A stretch of DNA of 64,000 nucleotides, from the NCBI GenBank assembly GCA_965208125.1, contig OZ242320.1:4608001-4672000 (forward strand). Direction: 5' to 3'. This document shows positions 27,651 to 37,923 of this stretch, in pieces. The stretch comes from Candidatus Latescibacterota bacterium (GTDB lineage Bacteria; Latescibacterota; UBA2968). The notes beneath the pieces are model-generated. The model saw nothing but the letters and a program-made list of their open reading frames with translations. It was not told where the DNA came from and searched no databases. The translations under genes and the position numbers were made by a program. Position 1 is the first letter of the stretch, and each line of letters starts with the position of its first letter.

Positions 27651-27802
27651 TCCCCAGCCACTCACAACGTGCTATTCCAAGTGTATCACGTGATGCGATG
27701 CACAAGCGAGACAACGGATCTACACTGGTCCTTAAACCACGGCAGAAAGGGGCAATCCCCATATTTTGCATAACCACAGATGCAAAAAGAAAGGTTTAGC
27801 AG

Positions 27803-29134
27803 ATGAGTAAGTCGATAGATGACGATATCAAAGAACGTCCCAATATTCTGATTATTTTCACCGATGATCAGGGGTATGCGGATCTGGGCTGTTTTGGAAA
27901 CAAAAAGAACAAGACACCGCGGCTGGATCAACTGGCGAAGGAGGGTACCCGCTTCACCAGCTTTTACGCCCAGCCTGTGTGCGGTCCGTCGCGGTCGGCA
28001 TTGCTCACCGGTCGCTATCCGGTCCGCAGTAAGGGCTGGGGGATGCCCGCCAGTGAGATCACTTTTGCCGAGTTGATGAAACCCGCAGGATACCAGACGG
28101 CCTGTATAGGTAAGTGGGATGTCTCGAACAGGAAGGAAATTATCGAGCGCATGCCGAATGCACAGGGGTTTGATTATTATTACGGTACTCTTGGCGCAAA
28201 CGACAATGGGTTTATAAAGTTTCATGAGAATAACACGGCGGTTGGTGAAACGGAAGACATGAGCTGTACGATTCGCCTGTACACCGATAAAGCGATTGAT
28301 TTTCTGGAGAATCGCCGAGATCCGAACAAGCCGTTTGTGCTCTATCTGGCGCATACGATGTTGCACACGATCATCGATGCATCTCCTGAGTTTAAGGGAA
28401 AATCGGCTGGTGGGCTATATGGGGATGTGGTTGAAGAGTTAGACCATGAGACCGGACGTTTGCTCGACAAGCTGGACGCGCTGGGATTGCGCGACAACAC
28501 ACTGGTGATCTATACTACGGATAACGGACCGTGGTGCCAATCCAAGTACTATGAAAACAAGAAAGGTCATCCAGAGGGTTCCATCTTTTGGGGCGATCCC
28601 GGGGCGTTGCGCGCCGGTAAGGGATCAGCTTATGAAGCCGGATCTCGTGTGCCCTGTATTGTCCGCTGGCCGGGTAAAGTCCCGGCTGGGCGCACCTCGG
28701 ATGCGCTCTGGGCCACGATTGATTTAATGCCGACTTTTACCGCACTATCAGGTGTCACACCGCCGATGGATCGCGTGATTGACGGCATTGATCAAACCGC
28801 ATTGCTCCTGGGACAGGCCGAAGAAGGCCGAGAAACCTTTATCTATGATCAGGTGGGAGATGGTGATGCCAATATGGGCGTTGGTATTAGAAAGGGAAAT
28901 TGGAAGTTGCTGCTTCCTGGGCGCAAACCGGAACAAGACCATCGCTTTCTGATGGATTTTGGAACCAATGGTCTGGAGTTATACGATCTGGATAGCGACA
29001 TTGGCGAAAAGAACAACGTCACAGACGATCATCCTGAAGTTGTGAAAGAACTCCGTGAAACCTTAGACAGTTTTAAAAAAGGAGTAGCAGATGGATGCGT
29101 TTTATATCCCCGAAGATGCAGAGGCGCAGTTTGA
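27803..29134 (+). CDS. Cys-type arylsulfatase
   Basis: RPNILIIFTDDQGY, CGPSR, GKWD, TDNGPW, ELYDLDSDIGE; 44-nt overlap with the next gene. Confidence 0.92.
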   Translation: MSKSIDDDIKERPNILIIFTDDQGYADLGCFGNKKNKTPRLDQLAKEGTRFTSFYAQPVCGPSRSALLTGRYPVRSKGWGMPASEITFAELMKPAGYQTACIGKWDVSNRKEIIERMPNAQGFDYYYGTLGANDNGFIKFHENNTAVGETEDMSCTIRLYTDKAIDFLENRRDPNKPFVLYLAHTMLHTIIDASPEFKGKSAGGLYGDVVEELDHETGRLLDKLDALGLRDNTLVIYTTDNGPWCQSKYYENKKGHPEGSIFWGDPGALRAGKGSAYEAGSRVPCIVRWPGKVPAGRTSDALWATIDLMPTFTALSGVTPPMDRVIDGIDQTALLLGQAEEGRETFIYDQVGDGDANMGVGIRKGNWKLLLPGRKPEQDHRFLMDFGTNGLELYDLDSDIGEKNNVTDDHPEVVKELRETLDSFKKGVADGCVLYPRRCRGAV

Positions 29135-29882
29135 AGAACGTGGTTATTTTGTGGTTCGAAATCTAATTTCAGCCCAGGCAGTTGAGACCGTGCGAAGTGA
29201 ACTTGAAAGGGTCATCGCAGAAAAGCCGAAAGGATTCAGATTGACCACTGATCGCGCAGATGATACAGGTGTTGACGGTGATGCGGCGGTATGGGCTGTG
29301 GGCGATCGGGACCTTCATAGCCGGGTGCTTTGGGAGGAATGGCTGACCGCAGAAAACGTGATTGCAATGAACCGACGCTTTCTGGGTGAAAATGTTCGCG
29401 TTCAGGGCACGCGTTTTTTTACCAAACAGGCCCGAATAGGTGAATCTGTGCCCTGGCATCAGGACATTTGGTTGTGGGAGCGCGATGCGTCACGAGGCAT
29501 CAGACCGCACAAGCGAGAACATTTTAACTGCTGGGTGGCTCTGGAGGCTGTCGATCTTGAGAATGGGTGTTTGCATGTGATGCCGGGCACTCACAAAGGC
29601 GAAGTCATCGAACACGTGCAGTATGATGGCTTGCACCCAGAGATTCCGCGTGATCAGGTGGCTGATAATACACCTGAGCCTGTGCCCTTAGGGCCGGGCG
29701 ATGCGGTGATCTGGCATGCACACATGTGGCATATGAGTCCACCGAATCCGAGTGATCGCCCGCGATGGGGCGGTGTTATGATCACGTTTCGAGATGAGAT
29801 GGCTGAAAAGGCGAATCAGGCCGATCGGGGAATGCTCATCCGCAATGGGATGGCGTGTTCTTATCCAGGACCGATTCGTTGA
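29091..29882 (+). CDS. PhyH family dioxygenase
   Basis: AAGGAG RBS; PWHQD, ENGCLHVMPGTH, WHMSPPN...R. Confidence 0.9.
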   Translation: MDAFYIPEDAEAQFEERGYFVVRNLISAQAVETVRSELERVIAEKPKGFRLTTDRADDTGVDGDAAVWAVGDRDLHSRVLWEEWLTAENVIAMNRRFLGENVRVQGTRFFTKQARIGESVPWHQDIWLWERDASRGIRPHKREHFNCWVALEAVDLENGCLHVMPGTHKGEVIEHVQYDGLHPEIPRDQVADNTPEPVPLGPGDAVIWHAHMWHMSPPNPSDRPRWGGVMITFRDEMAEKANQADRGMLIRNGMACSYPGPIR

Positions 29883-29942
29883 GCCACATCTCCAGTTTTT
29901 CATTTTTAACCATTTGTCACACCGACATGAAGGGATCGAAGA

Positions 29943-31337
29943 ATGCCAAAAGAAGCACCGAACATCATCCTGATAAATTGCGATGATTTAGGATACGCCG
30001 ATATCGGCTGTTATGGATCAACGCTCAATAAGACACCAGCACTCGACCGGTTGGCCGAACAAGGCATGCGGTTCACCGATTTCTACGCTGCTGCGCCGGT
30101 ATGCACCCCCTCCAGAGCTGCTATGCTGGCTGGCTCATACCCTCGAAGGCTTAACATGCATGCTTTCGACATTCGAAAAATCGATGGCTCAGGAGAGATT
30201 CTCGAACATCGGGGGGTGTTGTTTCCTGGACAGGCCGAGGGGTTGAACCCCCAGGAGAAGACGATTGCGTCGGTGTTGAAGGGTGGTGGGTACACGACAA
30301 AACTGATCGGAAAGTGGCATGTGGGAGACCAGCCTGAGTTTTTACCTGCGCATTATGGTTTTGATTCCTGGTTTGGGATCCCGTATAGCAACGACATGGG
30401 GCTTCAAACCCGGAGCCCCAAAAAAACCTGGGCGCAACATATCAAAGCTCCCCTGCCTCTCGTGCGGGATAGCGTGGTGGTACAAGAACAGCCCGATCAG
30501 ACCTCCATTACGGAACGATACACCGAGGAGGCGGTGGCGTTCATCCGAGAAAACGCTGATCGGCCGTTGTTTATTTATTTCGCGCATACCTATGTACACA
30601 ACCCATTGTTCGTACCGGAAGTCTTCGAAAGACAGTCAGAGAATGGTGTCCTCGGTGCAGCAGTCGCGCATATCGACTGGAGTTTGGCGATGCTCGAATA
30701 CGAGCTCGAACGGTGCGGCTTGACGGACGATACACTCATTATTTTTACGTCCGATAATGGTGGCGCGAGGAAGAGTGTTAATACACCCTTGCGGGGATTC
30801 AAGGGATCGACCTGGGAAGGCGGTCAGCGGGTAAATTGCATCATGAAATGGCCTGCACGCATTCCTGCAGGAACAACCTGTGGCGAGATCAGCACCATGA
30901 TGGATTTCCTGCCAACATTCGCTGACATAACTGGAGCCGATATTGAAGACGGCGTTATTCGAGATGGTCATACGATGCTGGGGCTCATGACGCAGGAAGC
31001 TGGCGCGTCATCTGGATACAAAAAATTCCTTTACTTCAAGGAGGGCAATCTTGATGCGATACGGAGTGGCGACTATAAACTGCATCTCCATCTCAAAGAG
31101 CTGTACAATCTGGATACCGACATTGGGGAGACAGACAATAAGTACGACGAACTTCCTGATGTGGTTCAGAAGCTCTTATATATGGCTGAATTAGCCCGCG
31201 AGGATTTGGGAGACGACATCACGGGCGTTGCCGGTGCAAACCAACGTCCCTGTGGTCGGGTGGAAAATCCTAAGCCACTCACGACGTACGATCCCAACCA
31301 TCCGTATATCGTCGCGTTGTACGATATACCGGGATAA
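29943..31337 (+). CDS. Cys-type arylsulfatase (AslA/ArsA-like)
   Basis: PNIILINCDDLGY, CTPSR, GKWH, PYSNDM, SDNG, KGSTWEGG. Confidence 0.93.
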   Translation: MPKEAPNIILINCDDLGYADIGCYGSTLNKTPALDRLAEQGMRFTDFYAAAPVCTPSRAAMLAGSYPRRLNMHAFDIRKIDGSGEILEHRGVLFPGQAEGLNPQEKTIASVLKGGGYTTKLIGKWHVGDQPEFLPAHYGFDSWFGIPYSNDMGLQTRSPKKTWAQHIKAPLPLVRDSVVVQEQPDQTSITERYTEEAVAFIRENADRPLFIYFAHTYVHNPLFVPEVFERQSENGVLGAAVAHIDWSLAMLEYELERCGLTDDTLIIFTSDNGGARKSVNTPLRGFKGSTWEGGQRVNCIMKWPARIPAGTTCGEISTMMDFLPTFADITGADIEDGVIRDGHTMLGLMTQEAGASSGYKKFLYFKEGNLDAIRSGDYKLHLHLKELYNLDTDIGETDNKYDELPDVVQKLLYMAELAREDLGDDITGVAGANQRPCGRVENPKPLTTYDPNHPYIVALYDIPG

Positions 31338-31535
31338 AGAGAGAATAAAATTTGGGAGCGTAAATTCGTGAATGTTGGCACACCATCCTGAATTGAAAGA
31401 ATGTGGATACCATATGAGATTTAATGTGTATAGAAATACGCCGGCGTGAACGCAGTCGCAGGGGTTTTGTTTTATCAGAGGCAATTTAAATCGCTTCTCT
31501 GGATGCTAAAAAAAGAAATTTTGAAAGGCGCAGAT

Positions 31536-32216
31536 ATGTCAGAGCGAATTCTGGCACAGGAGCAGGTCGATATTTTTCATCGCGATGGATTTGTAGTGGT
31601 GCGGCACCTGATTCCTGAAGAGATGGTTGCTAGACTGGCACGAGATTATGATCGGGCGACGCGTGATGAGTTTGATGTGCCGGCTTGGAAGGGTCGCATT
31701 GCACCGGGTAAGACGCTGCAACTTGGCAATCCTTCATTGAGGATTCCTGGGTGGAAAGACCATGAATATCGACAGCGAATTGTGCAGGTAGGAAAGGAGC
31801 TGTTGGGTGAGGATATTGACTATCGGTACGATCAATTGATTTACAAGCCGCCTCATTCTCCGGTAGAATTATTGTGGCACCAGGATGCGGGATATGGTTG
31901 GCCGGGTGAAGCGAACCATCGGGGGCTGACATGCTGGTTGGCTTTGTCTAAGGCGACAAAGGAAATGGGGTCTTTACAGTTTATTCCCGGCAGTCACTTG
32001 AAAGGGATTGCAGAACACATCAGTGCGAAACACAAAAATCCGATTAACAATGCGCTGGAAGTGATTGTGGACGAAAGCCAGGCCGTGGTGGTGGAGTATG
32101 AACCGGGTGATGCAACCTTTCACCATGGACGGACCCTGCATTATACGAGTGGGAATACAACAGATGAACCCAGGCGTGGGGTGTCGACGCATTTGTGGCC
32201 CCCCGTAGAAAAGTAA
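31536..32216 (+). CDS. PhyH family dioxygenase
   Basis: FHRDGFVV, WHQD, GSLQFIPGSH, LHYTSGN...RR; start chosen at ATG 31536. Confidence 0.9.
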   Translation: MSERILAQEQVDIFHRDGFVVVRHLIPEEMVARLARDYDRATRDEFDVPAWKGRIAPGKTLQLGNPSLRIPGWKDHEYRQRIVQVGKELLGEDIDYRYDQLIYKPPHSPVELLWHQDAGYGWPGEANHRGLTCWLALSKATKEMGSLQFIPGSHLKGIAEHISAKHKNPINNALEVIVDESQAVVVEYEPGDATFHHGRTLHYTSGNTTDEPRRGVSTHLWPPVEK

Positions 32217-33949
32217 TGAAAGAACCGTTTCCGGGAGCTTTACTCGTGGAAGAGAATAGACCAAACGTGATTATCCTGCTTACCGATGATCAGGGCTACG
32301 GAGATTTGGCCTGCCATGGCAATCCGGAACTTCAAACGCCAGGCATGGACAAGCTGCGTGAAGAGAGTGTCCGCCTGGACAACTTCCATGTGGCGCCGAT
32401 CTGTACGCCTACTCGCAGTCAACTCCTTACCGGATGTGATGCATTACGCAACGGTGCATACTCCTGGGCTTATGGGCATGAGTGCATTTTTCCTGAGATC
32501 CCAACAATGGCTGACATTTTCAGGGCAAACGGCTATCAGACCGGGCATTTTGGAAAATGGCATCTCGGCGACAATTATCCCTTTCGTCCACATGACCGCG
32601 GTTTTGATGCGTCGATCCACCACAAAGGCGCGGCCATTACGCAGACGCCGGATTACTGGAACAACGACTATTTCGATGATCACTATTGGGACAAAGACGA
32701 GGTGAGACAATTTAAGGGGTATTGCACTGATGTGTGGTTTCGTGAAGCCATTGCCTTTATAGAGGAATGCCGCGAGGCTTCGGCTCCATTCTTTCTCTAC
32801 CTTCCTACAAATTGTCCTCATGGTCCTCACTATGTTCCCGACCAATACCGTGAACCGTATCGGCATTTGGGACATAAACTTTCCAGCTTTTTTGGTATGA
32901 TTGCCAATATAGATGAGAATATCACTCGGCTAGACGAGTTCCTGGAAGAGAATGAGCTGAAAGAGAATACGATCTTGATGTTCATGACCGACAATGGCGG
33001 TACGGCAGGTGTGGAATACTACAATGCAGGTATGCGGGGCAGCAAGGGCACGCTTTTCGAAGGCGGTCATCGCGTCCCGAGTTTTATCCGCTGGCCAAAG
33101 AGGAACCTCAATCATGGCCAGGATCTAAAGCAAGTGACTCAAGTTCAAGATATTCTGCCCACATTAATGGCCCTGTGTAGACTCGATGCACCCGAAGGTT
33201 TTTACTGCGATGGCGTGGACTTGACCCCGATCCTTCTCGGCGGTGAGAGCGAAACACTCAACGAACGGAAACTTGTGGTCCAGTTCACCAGGCGTCCGCC
33301 CGTGCCGCAAAAACATGATGCGTGTGTTATCTGGCAGAATTGGAGACTTATTTTCGGGAAGGAGTTGTACGATATCGGGAACGACTCCGCCCAGGAGAAT
33401 GACATTTCGGATGAATTTCCTGAAATAGTGGCTGAGCTAAAGAGACACTATGAAGCATGGTGGCAAGGTATTGAACCGAGTATCCAGCGAGTAAACGCGT
33501 TTCCTGTGGGTGGTGAGAATACGCAAGTTGTCGATTTGTGTCTCTTTGACTGGGATGATTTTGAAGGTGAGGCCAATAACACATCTCAACGTTCTGTTCG
33601 TCAGGGAGCCCGCATCTTTGGCGACTGGCACATTCAGATCGAAAAATCGGGTGAGTACGCTTTTGAGATGCGTCGCTGGCCGTCTGAAGCAGAGGCCGCT
33701 ATCGCAGGCGGGGTGGATGAATACCACGCGGAAGACGACATCTTTCCAGAAGGTACAAGCCTGCCGATAACAAAGGCACTACTCGTCGTTCAGGGAAAGA
33801 ACAGGGAGATAGCCGTTGGGCAGAACGACGCAACTGTAAGTGCTACTTTGAGCCTTGAAAAGGGCAAAACGACTATACGCTCTGTTTTCTGTGATCAGGA
33901 CGATGAGGTGCTGTGCGGCGTATATTATCTCAGGATCCGGTGTTTATAG
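32216..33949 (+). CDS. Cys-type arylsulfatase with C-terminal beta-sandwich extension
   Basis: RPNVIILLTDDQGY, CTPTR, GKWHLGDN, TDNG; ATG overlaps the upstream TAA. Confidence 0.92.
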   Translation: MKEPFPGALLVEENRPNVIILLTDDQGYGDLACHGNPELQTPGMDKLREESVRLDNFHVAPICTPTRSQLLTGCDALRNGAYSWAYGHECIFPEIPTMADIFRANGYQTGHFGKWHLGDNYPFRPHDRGFDASIHHKGAAITQTPDYWNNDYFDDHYWDKDEVRQFKGYCTDVWFREAIAFIEECREASAPFFLYLPTNCPHGPHYVPDQYREPYRHLGHKLSSFFGMIANIDENITRLDEFLEENELKENTILMFMTDNGGTAGVEYYNAGMRGSKGTLFEGGHRVPSFIRWPKRNLNHGQDLKQVTQVQDILPTLMALCRLDAPEGFYCDGVDLTPILLGGESETLNERKLVVQFTRRPPVPQKHDACVIWQNWRLIFGKELYDIGNDSAQENDISDEFPEIVAELKRHYEAWWQGIEPSIQRVNAFPVGGENTQVVDLCLFDWDDFEGEANNTSQRSVRQGARIFGDWHIQIEKSGEYAFEMRRWPSEAEAAIAGGVDEYHAEDDIFPEGTSLPITKALLVVQGKNREIAVGQNDATVSATLSLEKGKTTIRSVFCDQDDEVLCGVYYLRIRCL

Positions 33950-34047
33950 TGGTCATTACAAGGAGGGAATCCGAAATATTTGTCCGAAAATATCTATGAA
34001 TAGGAAATCTATAGCTTTTTTTAACCCTTAAACCAATTGAGTTGATT

Positions 34048-35229
34048 ATGTCAAAACACTTAAATTTAGATGAGCGGCTGCGCGTTCCCTACTCCATCGG
34101 CACGGGCATTCCCAACGATGCGGAGATTGAGGGGTATGTGCAATCGCTGCGAACCCAGGGTTTCTGCGTCATCGAGCGGGTGATTCCCAAAGATCAGATC
34201 GATGCGGTGCGCGAGAGTGTACACCGGGGTCGCGAGTTGTTGCAACAGGACCGCGAGGCGGAGCGCCGCAAGCGCATAGAGGTAGAACGTCAAAGAGACC
34301 CCGATGCCGAGATCGACGACAGCCCTGAGCGCTTCGCAAGATGGCCCCAGGACCCGGTGCGGCCACCGATGGCACCGCGCGCCGAGCTGTGCGATATCGC
34401 GCGGTGCGAGACCTTCGCCGAGTACCTCGCGGAGCCTCGCGTACTGCGGGTTGCCAGAGCCATGCTCGATACGCACATCCGTATTTTGCAGACGGAGGTC
34501 AACAAGTCGTCGCGACCGGCGAAGAAACCGCTATCCGAGCAGCAACTTAAGCACCGCGGTTGGCATTCTGACTGGCCGCACGATCTGAGCGCGTATGGGC
34601 CAAACAGCGAACATCCATGGAAGCACTGCGGCGCAGTTGCCCAGCCCTTCCCCGACGTCTGCATGGCACTATCCACGGTCTGGTACCTCGGTCCGGAAGA
34701 CGTGACCCCGTTCAACGGCGGCACGTGGATCGTGCCGGGGTCGCACAAAGACCCGCGTAACCCGCGAGGTCCCGACGACGGCATCGATGCGCGCGCGCCA
34801 ATTCCAGGAGAATTCCAGGTCTCTGCCCCGGCGGGCTCGGTTTTTATGCAGGACACAAGGATCTGGCATTCGACCGGGCTTAACCAGAGCGAACACGAGC
34901 GCACGGCGGTGGTGTGCCGATATGGGCCGTGGTGGCTGTCTGGGAATGAGTTTGGCAACTTGCACTCGGGTGGCCACACACTAAGGACCTACGTGCCGCG
35001 AGAGGTTTTCGCCAGGTTCTCCCCGGAACTGAAGCTGCTGTATCGGCACATCGCCGAGGGCGAAGAGGATGTGCTACAGCCCGAGAACCAGCACAAGGCG
35101 TTGCGCGCCAGGTTTGTCGATCAACCGGAACTGCGCCATCCGGACCGCATCGGCGACAACAGCCACATCGTCGCCGGGGACATGAGCGTTGAGGAATGGG
35201 AACGCAGCCGAGGCGAGTCTGCCAGATGA
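34048..35229 (+). CDS. PhyH family dioxygenase (long form, related to 26787-27650)
   Basis: GWHSD, NGGTWIVPGSH, IWHSTGLN...R; visibly GC-richer than its neighbours. Confidence 0.88.
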   Translation: MSKHLNLDERLRVPYSIGTGIPNDAEIEGYVQSLRTQGFCVIERVIPKDQIDAVRESVHRGRELLQQDREAERRKRIEVERQRDPDAEIDDSPERFARWPQDPVRPPMAPRAELCDIARCETFAEYLAEPRVLRVARAMLDTHIRILQTEVNKSSRPAKKPLSEQQLKHRGWHSDWPHDLSAYGPNSEHPWKHCGAVAQPFPDVCMALSTVWYLGPEDVTPFNGGTWIVPGSHKDPRNPRGPDDGIDARAPIPGEFQVSAPAGSVFMQDTRIWHSTGLNQSEHERTAVVCRYGPWWLSGNEFGNLHSGGHTLRTYVPREVFARFSPELKLLYRHIAEGEEDVLQPENQHKALRARFVDQPELRHPDRIGDNSHIVAGDMSVEEWERSRGESAR

Positions 35230-35253
35230 CAGAACCATTGTAGGAGGAGGGAT

Positions 35254-36375
35254 ATGAACCATACATACCGGGTCGGGGTGATCGGTTTTGCACATATGCA
35301 CGTCAACAATGTTGCCGCGTTGTTTGCACAACACTCGCAGGTTGACATGGTGGCCTGTGCGGATACCGTGCCGACGGTTCCCGAGTTGCGCGACGCGCCG
35401 TACACTCGTGGGTGGAACATGAAAAACGCGCTGAACGCGATAGGGATTCCGAAAGCGTACGAAGATTATAGGGAGATGCTGGCGAAGGAAGCGCTCGACA
35501 TCGCAATCTGCACGACCGAAAATGCGCGCCACCCGGAAGTGGTGGCCGCCTGCGCGCAGGCGAATGCTCATGTGTGCGTAGAGAAACCAATGGCAATGTC
35601 GATGTCTGATGCGTTGCAGATGGCCCGCGCTTGCGAAACCGCAGGGGTGACAATGGCGGTGAATTGGCCGATTACGTGGCGTCCTGCCGCGAGAAAGGCC
35701 AAAGAGCTGATTGATCAAGACGTGATCGGCCGCGTAATCGAAGTCCGTTGGCGGGGTGGTCACCGAGGACCGCTCGGGGCGGGTGTTAGTCATGCAGGCG
35801 TGAGCGGAGGTGCGGAAGCGATGACCGAACGGGAACTGGGCGCTACCTGGTGGCATCGCGTGTCGGATGGCGGGGGTGCGATGCTGGACTTCTGTTCCTA
35901 TGGAGCCCTTGTCGCGCGATGGTATATCGGTGAACCTGGCGTGTCGGCAATCGGAATGCGAGCGAACTTGAATAGCCCGTGGGGTGACGCAGACGACAAC
36001 GGCGTGATGATCGTCCGGTTCTCGCGTGCAATGGGCGTGTTTGAGGGAACCTGGACTACCAGGCATCAGGGAGTGCCGAATGGTCCGATCGTATATGGGA
36101 CAAAAGGCACGTTGGTGGCAGGAGGAGGTAGGGGCAAGCCAACTGTCCAGGTAGAGGCCGGTGAGAGTGCCACCTATTCGTGCGAGAGGCTGCCCCAGGG
36201 ACGTCGTCAGATATCCGAGGAATTAATTCACCATCTGGATACGGGTGAGCCTCTGCATGAAACGCTGCAGGTAGGCATGAATCTCGATGCAACGGCCATT
36301 GTGGATGCGGGAATCCGTTCTGCTGATAGCGGGCAATTGGAGCCTGTGAACGGCCCGAATTGGGCAATCGGATAG
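35254..36375 (+). CDS. Gfo/Idh/MocA family oxidoreductase
   Basis: AGGAGG RBS; VGVIGFAHMH, CVEKPMA, GGGAMLD. Confidence 0.9.
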   Translation: MNHTYRVGVIGFAHMHVNNVAALFAQHSQVDMVACADTVPTVPELRDAPYTRGWNMKNALNAIGIPKAYEDYREMLAKEALDIAICTTENARHPEVVAACAQANAHVCVEKPMAMSMSDALQMARACETAGVTMAVNWPITWRPAARKAKELIDQDVIGRVIEVRWRGGHRGPLGAGVSHAGVSGGAEAMTERELGATWWHRVSDGGGAMLDFCSYGALVARWYIGEPGVSAIGMRANLNSPWGDADDNGVMIVRFSRAMGVFEGTWTTRHQGVPNGPIVYGTKGTLVAGGGRGKPTVQVEAGESATYSCERLPQGRRQISEELIHHLDTGEPLHETLQVGMNLDATAIVDAGIRSADSGQLEPVNGPNWAIG

Positions 36376-36379
36376 CAGG

Positions 36380-37894
36380 GTGAAAGGAGACGGTGTGCAA
36401 AGCTATGACGATTTCTTGATGGATGTCTATGAGTCCAGAGAAAAGATGGTTGCCGATCGACACCGCCCGCGATACCATTTTTTACCTCCAGAAGGTCGGT
36501 GGAATGACATAAATGGCGCGATTTACTGGAAGGGGCGATACCATATCGGATACCTCCAGAAGATTGCAAATGGACCCGGTGAGAGGGATTTTTCCAGTTG
36601 GCAGCATATTTCGAGCCGGGACCTTCTTCACTGGACCTACCACAAAGCATCTCTGCGAGAGCCGCTTGAAGGTAAAAAGGGAGATTATTTTAACAGTGGT
36701 GATGCGATGGAGGGATGTGAGGTTCCGACAATGATCACCAATATGCCGCGCAAAGGGATCTGCATTTACCAGTGTTACGATGATCAGCTTGACCATTGGG
36801 TTCCGCTCGATGAGAATCCAGTTATTCCCATCGATGCTGGCTGGAACCGCGTGACGAACATACTGGAGCCAGACGCGCCCTATCCGGAATGCGTGATTTT
36901 CGACCCGAGTGGTTGGAAGGAAGGGGATACGTACTACGCTCTGATCGGAAATAAGAACCACCGGCCCGGGTATGAAGGGGATTGCACAAGTCTGTTCAAG
37001 TCGAAGGATTTGAGAAATTGGGAATACGTTGGGCCTTTCTACAAGTCGGATCGAAAGTGGACGGAGGAGATCGAGGACTGCGCTTGTTCGGATTTCTTTC
37101 CGTTTGGCGATCGGTATATGCTGGTGATGCATACCCACCTGCCATTCTCAAAATGTCAGTATTACATCGGCCGATATGAAAACGAGCAATTTTACCCTGA
37201 AGAGAACGGTCAACTGAGCTATCTCGGCGGTCTTCTTGCCGGACCAGAAACTCTGATTGACGGGCGCGGTCGGAGGATTTTCTGGGGATGGATCCGCGAG
37301 GGCAGGAGTACGTCAAAGCACGGGTGGGGCAGCATCATGACACTGCCGTGGCATTTTATTCCCGATGCGGATAACCGTCTTGAAATTCGTCCGGTTGAGG
37401 AGCTTCAGGGATTGAGATACGACGGGTGTACCATCGATTCGGTGCGGGTAAAGGCTGGACAGGAACTCGCTTTGGAAGAATTGAACGGTACCTGTATGGA
37501 ATTGAAGTTTGCCATCCATCCTGGAAATACAAACACATTTGGATTCAAGCTGTTTTGCTCTCCCGGCTGTCAGGAGGAGACCGTCATTACCTACGATGGG
37601 ACGAAGAAGGAATTTGTCATCGATTTTTCGAATGCGAGTCTTGCAGATGACCTCGAATATCCCACGATGAAGCAGATCGTGCCATTCGAGCCGCGAAGCG
37701 GAGGGCCGTTACATTTACATGTGTTTGTTGATCGGTCGGTGATGGAGATTTTTGTCAATTCTCGGATTTGTATGGTTCAGAGGGTGTATCCGACTCGAGG
37801 GGATAGTGACCAGGTTCGGGTGTTCGCTTTGGATGGGTCCATCGTTGTGAGCGACATCGTGAAGTGGGAGATGGATGCGACGAATCCCTGGTGA
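36380..37894 (+). CDS. Glycoside hydrolase family 32-like protein with degenerate catalytic motifs
   Basis: HRPRYHF, WNDING, SRDLLHW, FDP, GRRIFWGW, VFVDRSVMEIFVN C-terminal sandwich. Confidence 0.85.
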   Translation: MKGDGVQSYDDFLMDVYESREKMVADRHRPRYHFLPPEGRWNDINGAIYWKGRYHIGYLQKIANGPGERDFSSWQHISSRDLLHWTYHKASLREPLEGKKGDYFNSGDAMEGCEVPTMITNMPRKGICIYQCYDDQLDHWVPLDENPVIPIDAGWNRVTNILEPDAPYPECVIFDPSGWKEGDTYYALIGNKNHRPGYEGDCTSLFKSKDLRNWEYVGPFYKSDRKWTEEIEDCACSDFFPFGDRYMLVMHTHLPFSKCQYYIGRYENEQFYPEENGQLSYLGGLLAGPETLIDGRGRRIFWGWIREGRSTSKHGWGSIMTLPWHFIPDADNRLEIRPVEELQGLRYDGCTIDSVRVKAGQELALEELNGTCMELKFAIHPGNTNTFGFKLFCSPGCQEETVITYDGTKKEFVIDFSNASLADDLEYPTMKQIVPFEPRSGGPLHLHVFVDRSVMEIFVNSRICMVQRVYPTRGDSDQVRVFALDGSIVVSDIVKWEMDATNPW

Positions 37895-37923
37895 TAAAGA
37901 AATAAGCTGAAGGGAGTAGTGCA

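Noticed and set aside
35074-36066. 330-aa minus-strand ORF
   Set aside because: Antisense to the GC-rich Gfo/Idh/MocA and PhyH genes; no motifs
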